From Octopus bimaculoides (lineage: Eukaryota), in contig NC_068983.1 in NCBI RefSeq assembly GCF_001194135.2, positions 52,970,280-53,034,279 on the forward strand: 64,000 nt of DNA. Reading direction: 5' to 3'. The notes beneath the pieces were generated by a model. It saw only the letters and a program-made list of their open reading frames with translations, was not told the origin of the DNA and did not search any database. Both the position numbers and the translations under genes were made by a program. Numbering within the stretch: the stretch's first letter is position 1; each line of letters begins with the position of its first letter. Positions 53,681 through 64,000 of this stretch are shown piece after piece.

Positions 53681-54469
53681 CTGTTTATATATATGTGTAT
53701 GTATGTATGTATATATATATATGTTTATATGTGCAATTACCCATTGGAATTTCTACAAGTGTTATATGATTACATAAGTATTGTTCAATTAGAATCAAGC
53801 TTCTGATTCTTTTGAATGTAAAATTTCGCTATTCACATCAATTAATATCATCTCTGAATGATGTGTGTGTGTGTGTTGTATTTGAATGTGTTGATCTGTC
53901 TGTGTACCCAGATGTATGTTCCACAAAGACAGTCAGAGAATTTGCTGATCAAAGCATAATGTAGCTAGAAACAAAAGATGAGATTACTAGTTCAATCGAT
54001 GAATATTATTGTATGAAATTTCTGGATGTGCTCTAAACTTTTCAGATTAGAATCAATACTTTCTCTAAATTTTATGAAATTTAAATTTAAATAATCTGAA
54101 GTATAGCTTGTTTGTTGAAATACGACTTTTGTAACTCTTGCTCTCTGAATTTCTAGTCTATGTAGTCTTGATGCATTGTTATTTCAATGTCCACTTTTCT
54201 ATACTTACATGAGTTACGGAAATTTTTGAGGCAAATTTTCTATGGATGGATAACTTTCCTGTTGCCAACCTTCACATGTTTCCAAGGAATTATGGTTCGA
54301 AATGTTTTCATGGACACTGCTTGTATGGTAGTGACGCTTGCTTATAACAATCATGTGATGTCGAGATAAAGAGACACCAACTCACACAGGCACAATCACA
54401 TATGCATAAATATGCACAAGCAAATACATACATATTTATATATACACACATAATGGGTCTATTTTAGTT

Positions 54470-55135
54470 TCTATCTTCCAGATTCACTTTGGTAAGTCTA
54501 GGGCTATACTAGTAGACACTTCTGCAAGGTGCCATGCAGTGGGACTCAAGTGGTTCAGAAGCAAGTTTTTTAACCACACATTCATCCCTGCACCTAATTA
54601 TTGGTTTCAAATTTTGGCACAGGGCCAGCAGACCCCAAAAGAATGAAAACCAAAGCTGGCCTCACCGGAATTTGAACTCAGAACGTGAAGATAGACAAAA
54701 TGCCTCTAAGCATTTTACCCAGCATGCTAACGATTTATACCTGCACTTAATTATTATAATATTAATTTCATTATCCTTTACTTGTTTCAGTCATTGGTTT
54801 GTGACCAAACAAATCATCCTGCCACCCCAGTACTTATTTTTTAAGTCTGGAACTTGTGCTATCAGTCTCTTTTACTGAACTACTAAGCCACATGAGCATA
54901 AACAAACCAATATCGGTTGTGAAGCAGTGGAGGGACCAAAAGTAACTCAAAAACACACACATATATCTATAAATATATGATAGGCTTCCACACACAGCTT
55001 CTGTCTACCAAATTCACTCACATGGTAATGGTCAGCCTGGGCTATAGAAGAAGACACTTGCCCAAAGTGTTGCACAGTAGGATTGAACTCAAAACTATAT
55101 AGTTGCAAAGCAAGCTTCGTAACCACACAGCTATG
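54470..55135 (-). mobile_element. Cluster of old SINE A/B copies
   Basis: Family A pieces at about 54470-54590 and 54780-55135; family B at about 54600-54730. Confidence 0.65.
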
Positions 55136-56218
55136 CCCTATTTCTTTAATTATCTTACCTCATGTCTTTCCTCTAAGAACTGAATAAAGTAATTATTATT
55201 ATGCATTGTATTTGAAATTTTACAATTTTTGACTGTAAATTAAGAACGGTGTGAAATTATTACTAAATCTATTAACTCTAATATAATCAAGATGATAACT
55301 TTTCTGACTTTTAACCTCAGTTGTTACCCACTATACAAACATTAGTGGCCTGTGTTATTATAGTTAGTTTAGATGCAATTGCTCCTAGTTCAAATCTAGT
55401 CCTGTTCTATGTTTATATCCAAGAATAGAACATACAATGTTAAATAACCAGAGACCAAACCAAACGTAGTACAAATGTCAGTAGTGTGTATGTGTAAACA
55501 CTTACACACACACACATAGAGAGAGAGAGAGAGAGAGATTCATTACTTGTCTGAAAAATTATAATCTTATTAATAATAAACAACTCATCTCAGTCACTTA
55601 GACATTTAATTACATGCGACTGATTTATTATGGGGTATTATGTAGAAACACTATTTCACTATTTATTTATAATAGTAATAAAATATTTTCAAGCCCAGTA
55701 ACCAATACAGAGGTAGGTTTCCTTATTGAATACTCCAATAATATATAGGCTGATGAAACACTGTCGGGACTGGTTACAACTCCATCCTATCATTATTGAT
55801 ATATCAGTAATTTTGCTATTTCAAGTAATTATCTTTATTCAATTGATTAATTATCTACTATCTATTGTACAAGCCTGGAATATATCTTCTGAAATTAATA
55901 TCTATGTTTTGTCCTTATAATATTATTATGATTCTTCCTCATCATTTTAATGTCTATTGTTTCATACTGACATACTTTGAATGAATTTGCTTGCTACATT
56001 TGACACCACTTCGTGTGCATTGTTTTAGCCTAAAGTAGTTCACTTTTGATTATATAATCGATGTGGTAATATTTTGTGTATCTAAGTCTATTTAATTAGA
56101 GCAGTGTTTTTTATTTATTTATTTAGATGTTATTTCCTACCAACTGTTTCATACGAAATGGTATTGATAGGATAAAGTTGCTATTGAAAATAAGTAAATT
56201 TCAATCAACTCACTTCAT

Positions 56219-56257
<39 letters not shown>

Positions 56258-56564
56258 AAAGATGAAAAGATTGATAAATTTGTATAAAATATTTGAAGAT
56301 AGTTAAATTATTTCAGAACCAGACAAGGGAGGAGTAGAAAGAGGTTGTGAAAATGTGGAGGACATTCTAATATCATTATGTTTATGTTGGTGTTTATTTA
56401 TAGAATAGAAACTATGTTTTAGGGTAAGATATTGGAAAATACTTGTTCTCCAGAACTGTATGAAGTTATTTAATGCCTCTGCTGTATTTAAATTTCAGCA
56501 CATATTTCTATGTGTAGATACATATTTTTACTACCAATTACTGATACTGATCTATGAGTGTGTT

Positions 56565-56603
<39 letters not shown>

Positions 56604-57649
56604 CTATCTCCTCATGCCAATATAGAGATAAGAATGTATAGATATTTGAATATAAGTGTATGTGTCAGTAAATATGTGCATAGATTTATGTATTAAAAAA
56701 TGTAAGTTTCTATGTGGAGATATATGTTCCAACAGGAGCATTAGTTTTTAACATATTAGAGATCTAATCATATATGTTTATTGATGTATGTGTGCATACA
56801 ATGGTATGAATATTTTTAATGTATGTGTCTGGGTGTTGTGTGTATGCATAAGTGTTTGTATGTAATACATATTTGTGCTTGCATAAATGTGTGGATCTCT
56901 GTGTATATTAGAATATATAGGATTTTTATGTACAAATTTACATGTACGTATGCTACTGGTATGTTTGCACATACTTAAGAGCAGGTCAACAAATGTATTA
57001 CTCATGAGTGTATGTATTTTTTAAGCATTTTTCTAATTTCTTATAATCTATTACTATTAATTTAATTAGGTACCTATTTTCTCCATATTCACTTTTCCAT
57101 TCTGTTATCCATTTATTTATTTACTTATATAATTGCTACATGAGTAAGATTTCATGTAAATTTGTATTCTGATATAGGACCATGAAGTAAGCTCTCGGTA
57201 TGTTTATATTTACTTAACATGAAATAACGTAGTTTCATTATTTTACCTCTAATTCTTTGATGCCATATTTCTTGGAGAAAATATTTGAACTTTTATGAAT
57301 CAAATTTGTTTCAAATGTTTGAATCATAAAGAAATATTCCAAAATAACTGCATTTCCAGGTTCTAAACATTCAGCTTTAGGAAAGCTATTGACTTACAAA
57401 AAGTGGAATTCTTTTGCGAAAACATTAAATCTGTAATATATAACTATTGATTCTACAGTTATCTTTAACTTTCATTGAGTCCTTTTTGGATATATAGTCT
57501 CAGGGATCTTTCATCCAAGAATTTGCATGTAAATATATATATAGAAAGAGATGTAAATATATATATATAGAAAGAGATGTAAAAATGCAGAAATTGTGTA
57601 TAGTATTTTAAGCTTTATAAATATGTTTTCTGTAATTTTTTATTAGTAA

Positions 57650-57930
57650 AATGCACTGGTGCTGGCACCACATAGAATGTGATTGTGCCGGTGCCATGTA
57701 AAAAAGGCACTTGTGCTGGGTGCTTCTGATGTGCTACCAGCATAAATAAAAAGCACCCAGCACACTTTGTAAAGTAGTTGGCATTAGGAAGGGCATCCAA
57801 GCCATAGAAACCATGCTAAATCAGACAGTTGGAGCCTGGACAGCTCTCTGGTTGGCTAGCTTCAGTCAAACTCCATAACTCATGCTAGCATGAAAAAACG
57901 GATGTTAAATGAAGATGATGATGATGACTA
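57650..57930 (+). mobile_element. RTE-tail element
   Basis: Tail consensus plus (GAT)n. Confidence 0.8.
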
Positions 57931-58263
57931 TTACATGACTCATATTCCTCACACTAGCTCATCTCATGGCTTGGTGCCCTTCCTCTAGCTACACTGGTTA
58001 TAAGAATGGAGTGTAGAATTTTCTACTAAACCCTAACTTTTGGTTACATGTTGCACTTTCCAGTACTTATATTCTGTGTGTGTGTGAGTGTTTTTATATA
58101 TATGTATGTATGTATGCATACATACATACATATGTTTGAGCCTGAACAAGTTAGGTTTCTGTAAGAAGGCTGCGAAACTTTAAGACACATGGAGCCAAAT
58201 GAAACTGTTGTAAATAACAATAATTGTAATAATAATAATAATGATGGCAATGATGATGATAAT

Positions 58264-60337
58264 AAATTTAGTAGTTTACATGGGAGGCTAAGGGAACAAC
58301 TGCAGGATTGCCTTAACAGAGAAATAATACCAGACTGGACGACTAGAGGGAGAACAATACTCCTTATGAAAGATAAGAGCAAGGGTAATACAGCTAGCAA
58401 TTATAGAGCAATCACTTGCTTACCATTAGAGTGGAAGCTGTTAACAGGAATGCTTTCAGAAAGCATTTACAAGCACCTTGACAACCAGAATTTACTGCCA
58501 GAAGAACAGAAGGATGCAGGAAGAAGGTTAAAGGAANNNNNNNNNNNNNNNNNNNNNNNNNNNNNNNNNNNNNNNNNNNNNNNNNNNNNNNNNNNNNNNN
58601 NNNNNNNNNNNNNNNNNNNNNNNNNNNNNNNNNNNNNNNNNNNNNNNNNNNNNNNNNNNNNNNNNNNNNNNNNNNGCATGATCTATTATACATAGACAAA
58701 TGAAGTAAAAACTAGAAAGAAAATTTTTTAAATAACACGGATAGATTATAAGAAAGCTTATGACATGATCCCACACTCATGGATAAGTGAATGTTTGAGT
58801 ATATTCAGTATTGCAGAAAACATAAGAGAATTAATTAGTTTTAGCATGAAGAAATGTAAAGTAGATCTCTACTCAGGTGACACAAGCTTAGGAAAAGTTA
58901 ATATCAAGAGAGGAATTTTCCAAGGGGACTCGTTGTCCCCTTTAATATTTGTCTTATGTTTGATCCTCCTCAGTTTAGTATTAAAGAAGGCAAAGGCAGG
59001 GTATCAGTTCAGAAATAGTAAGTAAAAAATCAACCATTTGCTCTACATGGATGGTATGAAATTTTTTAGTAAGAATAAAGAGATAGATTCCTTAATACAG
59101 ACTGTAAGACTCTTTAGCAAAGATATAGGCATGGAATTTGGCATAGATAAGTTTGCAATATTAGTCATGAGAAGGGGACAGGCAGTCAACAGTGAAGGCA
59201 TCCAATTACTAGATGGCCAGACATTAAAATCATTGAAAGAAGGAGAGAGTTATAAGTATCTAAGAGTATTAGAATCTGACAGAGTACTAACTATAGAAAT
59301 GAAAGCGAAAATCGAGAAGGAGTATATCAGAAGGGTGAGGAAGCTAATGAAGTCAAAGCTAAATGGTCTGAATCTAGTAAAGGCTGGAAATACTTGGGCA
59401 GTGTCATTACTTAGATACTCAGCAGCTTTTGTAAATTGGACAAAAACTGAATTAGCAAAGCTAGACAGAAGAACTAGGAAGGAATTCAATATGAATGGAG
59501 GACTCCACCCAAGAGTAGGAGTAGCAAGATTATACCTACCTAGAAAGGAAGGTGGAAGAGAGCTAATATCAGTAGAAGACTGTGTGGAGTCAGCTAGAGT
59601 AGATGTAGACTCCTATGTAGGTAATAGGGAAGAAAGCTTATGAAGAGATGCTAGAGTCACAGCAAGACATAGGGAAACCAAAAAAAACAAATGAAGTTAA
59701 AAACCAGAAAAAAGAACAAAAGTTATCTGACAGGCAGGAGCTTTGCATGGCAGATTCCCAAAGATAGTTGCAGCAAATAATAGTAGTGAGACATGGTTAT
59801 GGTTGCAGAAAGGAAGGCTGAAAAGGGAGACAAAGTTTGTTACTAGCAGNNNNNNNNNNNNNNNNNNNNNNNNNNNNNNNNNNNNNNNNNNNNNNNNNNN
59901 NNNNNNNNNNNNNNNNNNNNNNNNNNNNNNNNNNNNNNNNNNNNNNNNNNNNNNNNNNNNNNNNNNNNTAGTAGTAGTAGATAAAGAGAATAGAAAGTGC
60001 CAGATAATTGACTTTACAGTCCTAAATGATGAAAAATCAATATGAGAGGTATAGAAACAATAGCAAAGTACCAGAATCTAGTCATTGAATTACGGAGACT
60101 ATGGAAAGTGCAGATAAAATGTATCCCAGTAGTTATAGGTGCATTAGGAACTATCCCTAAAGATTTGAACAGATGGATGGAGGAAATAGGCATAAAACCC
60201 AGTTTAGTACTGCTGCAGAGAACAGTGTTATTAGGGACAGCTAGGTTACTTAGAAGGGTTCTTGGCATCTAAGGTTAATTGTTGTAACCCATTGTTAGGA
60301 TTTTTTCTTTTCCAACAGTCTAATCTGTTGTGTGTAT
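58264..60337 (+). mobile_element. 5'-truncated R4/Dong-like non-LTR retrotransposon (RT plus restriction-like endonuclease), disrupted
   Basis: NYRAITCLP, DYKKAYDMIPHSWI, GIFQGDSLSPLIF, LYMDGMK, VVVDKENRKCQIID, IPVVIGALGTIPKDL; stops, frameshifts and gaps; (AAT)n on both sides. Confidence 0.88.
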
Positions 60338-60379
60338 AATGATAATAATAATAATAATCATAATAATAATAATGATTTC

Positions 60380-60530
60380 AAGGCCAGCGATTTTATGGGT
60401 GAGGTTAAGTTGATTAGATTGATTCTAGTGCTTAACTGATACTTATTTTGTCAACCTCAAAAGGATGAAAAGCAAAGCCGACCCCAGTGGCATTTGAACT
60501 CAAAACATGAAGATGGACAAAATGTTGCTA
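60380..60530 (-). mobile_element. SINE B, partial
   Basis: aaaggatgaaaagcaaagccgacc...atttgaactc. Confidence 0.6.
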
Positions 60531-60536
60531 GGGCCT

Positions 60537-60575
<39 letters not shown>

Positions 60576-61909
60576 TCTAAGTATCTATCTATCCTTGATA
60601 AATTCTAGATTGTTGGAAAGCAAAACTGATCTAGACAGGTTTTTCATTCCATACAACTGAATATGTTGGATTCAGATGAATAAGATTATTCATTTATGTT
60701 CATAAATATAACTTGTGAAACATGTTATTCTCACCTCAAGAATTGCTTTCAATTTAAAATAATGTCTTAAATTTATCACAAAGAAAAATTTTGAAGATTT
60801 TATGTGCATTCATTTCTCAGATTTTAAGAAAATAAATGAAGTAGTTCAAACTGATTTCAGACAAAGCAAATTCACCAAGATTTTTAAATAAATGTTAATT
60901 ATATGTAGTTTTTCAGTAGTCTGTTACTGTTACTTTAAAACAGTATAATATATGTATATATATATATATTTTGTATTTTATTGTTTATTTTGATATTTCT
61001 TTATTTTAACTTAATAATCTTAACTATTTCCCTATATTTACTTGAATATGTTAGATTTACCATTACTGAATTACACACTCTACTTCTGCATGATATGATT
61101 TTAGACTGGTAGTTTTCAGAACAGGAACACTGAGATTCTAGATAGAATTTGAGGTGATTGATATGGAAATTTTAGAGAAATCATTGCAATTGGAACTGTT
61201 TCCATATCTTAATTTTGTATTTAAATTATATTCATCCCTGAAGTCTTGTAATAAATTAAAATATAGGCTATGATAAAAAATTTGCTTCAGCATTTAAAGC
61301 ATAATATTTTTTCAAAATTTTCCAATTCACTTGTCATTGGATTATGCAGAATCCTTTGTGTTCAGCTAACTATTAAAATTATTGAATGCAAATGAAAATA
61401 ACTTGAAATATTGACAGAAAAACAGCATAAAAATTTTTGTTTTGTTCTATTAAAATAATTTTATACCAGTCAAGTTTATAAGGAAAATATTAATTTAATA
61501 AGCAAAATTCTATTTTCAAAAATATTCATATGAAGTGGGTGATTATCTCTTTCACACAAATTTTGCATTTTTCTTCTATTCAAAACCTCAAAATATCACT
61601 TCATGTTTATGGTTACTGAATCTTCTGGACAGATACTACATGATAGAAATAGTAGTTTGTTGCAAAATTCTTTAAAATAGAGAATTTTCTCTCATTATTA
61701 TCTCAAGGCCACTTATTTTGGGGATTGAGTATTGTTGTCCTCTACTTATTCAGAACTTTATTTCATTGAATCCATAAGGATGAAAAGCAAATTTGACCTT
61801 GACAGGATTTGAAAATGCTTAAGATGCCACTGGATTTGAAAATGCTTAAGATATGCTACTGATATTTAACCAGTTGTTCTTAAAATGTTTATCCTGTACA
61901 CTGTTCATT

Positions 61910-62115
61910 GTGGAGGTGTATGGCTTAGTGGTCAGGGTGCTGGATTTGTGATCATAAGATTGTAGTTTCGATTCCTGGACCAGGCAACATGTTGAGTTCT
62001 TGAGCAAACCACTTCATTTCATGTTGCTCCAGTCCACTCAGCTGGCAAAAATGAGTAATGCTGCTATGGACTGGCGTCCCGTACAGCTGGGGAATTTATA
62101 TGCCATGGAAACCTG
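61910..62115 (+). mobile_element. SINE family D, 3'-truncated
   Basis: tggcttagtggtcaggg, gtttcgattcc, ccacttcatttcatgttgctccagtccactcagctgg. Confidence 0.7.
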
Positions 62116-62117
62116 CC

Positions 62118-62253
62118 TTAGGTTACTTAGAAGGGTTCTTGGCATCTAAGGTTAATTGTTGTAACCCATTGTTAGGATTTTTTCTTTTCCAACAGTCTAA
62201 TCTGTTGTGTGTATAATGATAATAATAATAATAATCATAATAATAATAATAAT
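62118..62253 (+). repeat. Identical copy of the R4/Dong 3' end (60242-60373)
   Basis: Base-for-base match including the interrupted (AAT)n tail. Confidence 0.9.
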
Positions 62254-63060
62254 TTCAAATGACTCAGGAAAGAACTTTAACTTTTACACTGTTCCTTATA
62301 TTTATTCCTATATTTTTATGATATACCTAACCTCCACTTAACACCTTTTACATCCTGTTTGGCTGTTTTCAATATTTTCTACAAATAAGATATAAATATA
62401 TGTGTATGATATGTCCAAGTTTATATGCCTGCTTATTGGTATAGTGGTCAGTGAGATCAAATGTAGGAGTTCAATTGTTGGTGTTTCATTATGTATTTGG
62501 GCATTCCACTTAATTCTATAGGCCATTGTATGATAGATAGGCATCTTTTTAGTGAAACATTTGTCTTTTCTGCTCATTGCTGTTAAAGAAGATTTGAACA
62601 ATGGCTTTTAAATATCCTTGGTGACATTTGCATTTTACATTTGCATGTGGGTTAATGTGAATCTATTCAGAATGAAATTGCACACAGGTGCTCAATCATC
62701 ATATCATTATTATTGTGCCACTGTCATGTGACCAACATGTAACTACATGATTAGCATATTTCTTTATTTTGAATTTATCACAAATTTGTTTTTCTCCCAA
62801 GTTGCCATTTTATTCATTGCAATTTGGTCAGTCATTTGCATCAAAATAAAATGTATATGTGTTTACTGAGAGAAAGAGAGATAGAGAGAGAAAGAGAGAG
62901 TGAGAGAGAGATGTTGCTCCATATTTTCAGTTTTTAAATGTCCCAATCAAATATAATTTATTCTGTTGAAAGAATGCACTTATTGATGATGAAACAGTTT
63001 TGATTTAAGATTGATTTTGAAATATAAATATTTCAGTATTATTCTACACCTAAAATATAC

Positions 63061-63105
<45 letters not shown>

Positions 63106-64000
63106 ATGTATATATACGCATACATTGCTTTTATTGAGGAATTTGCTAATTTCAAAGGAAACTTCTATATATGATTCAGTTAGATTAGTTGTAAAAAACC
63201 ATTTTATTCTGTTCACAGAATAAAATAGCTTAGCTTAATGCAGACTCATATTTTATTGAAGGTAACAGTTGGTATTTTCTTTAATTGAAGCTCTCTTGCT
63301 CTCTGTGTTTGTGTGTGTGGATGTGTGTGTGTGTAATGTATCATTGTTAAGGTAGGTTTTTCTTTGTTATTTTATTGAAAGTAATTTGGTAATATAGATT
63401 CTACTTTGAGCAATTGGACTTATATACGTTCAGAAAAATATGTTCAAATTGTATAAAAAGGATATTGCTTTGTCTAGTATTTGTGTGTGTATATTTATAA
63501 ATTCAAGATAGTCAAACTCAAATTCTTTTATTGCCTTTTACAATGTGTATGTCATTTTGGCATATTCTTGAGTTGTATTTATTTGATTGATAGCATTCTA
63601 ATACTTTGTTTTTATGAGTACATTTTTTTATGCTTCTTTGACCAGTTACCATAGACATAAATTTATTTTTTCCTCATGACCCATGACTAACTAGAAAAAG
63701 AAAATATTTAGATTCTTTTTGAGAAAGGAAAAATTAAATCACTTTCTTGACTCTAAACAGGATGTTATTTTTATATTATGTATTTTCCTGTTAGTGTTCT
63801 ATAGAAAAACAGGATTGAATGACTTGCCAACATCTAAGCATGGCACTATTGATTATGTGCATTCATTGTTATGATATTGAGTGATTAGAAAGCAAAACAT
63901 TGTTGCATTTGATTTGATTTTTGTCATTTCTGACTAGCTAAATATTGATCAAAGAAAATAAAATCAGAGAAAATATTAAAATAAACTGTACAAGTAGCCT

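Overview
AT-rich eukaryotic genomic DNA with N-gaps and dense microsatellites. The repeat families resemble those I recall from octopus/cephalopod genomes (inference, not searched). About 0-28 kb and 46-62 kb are dominated by decayed mobile elements: several tRNA-headed SINE families, RTE LINE fragments and their (GAT)n tails, Penelope-like remnants, Tc1 and mariner relics, TTAA-flanked and hAT MITEs, fold-back elements, and a 5'-truncated R4/Dong-like LINE sitting in (TAA)n. About 28-46 kb is CpG-richer and lacks young repeats; it contains a plausible first coding exon (35198-35288, +) encoding a signal peptide. No long intact host ORF is present, and most ORFs in the track are microsatellite or gap artefacts. 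The two most notable signals are (1) a near-canonical type I hammerhead ribozyme with a palindromic helix III at 7202-7246 and (2) a chain of phase-compatible microexons on the minus strand (14, 46 and 30 nt clustered at 17.0-17.4 kb, extendable with 8, 48 and 59 nt pieces) that splices into a roughly 68-aa ORF I do not recognise. All splice and structure calls were made by eye and need RNA-seq or covariance-model confirmation.
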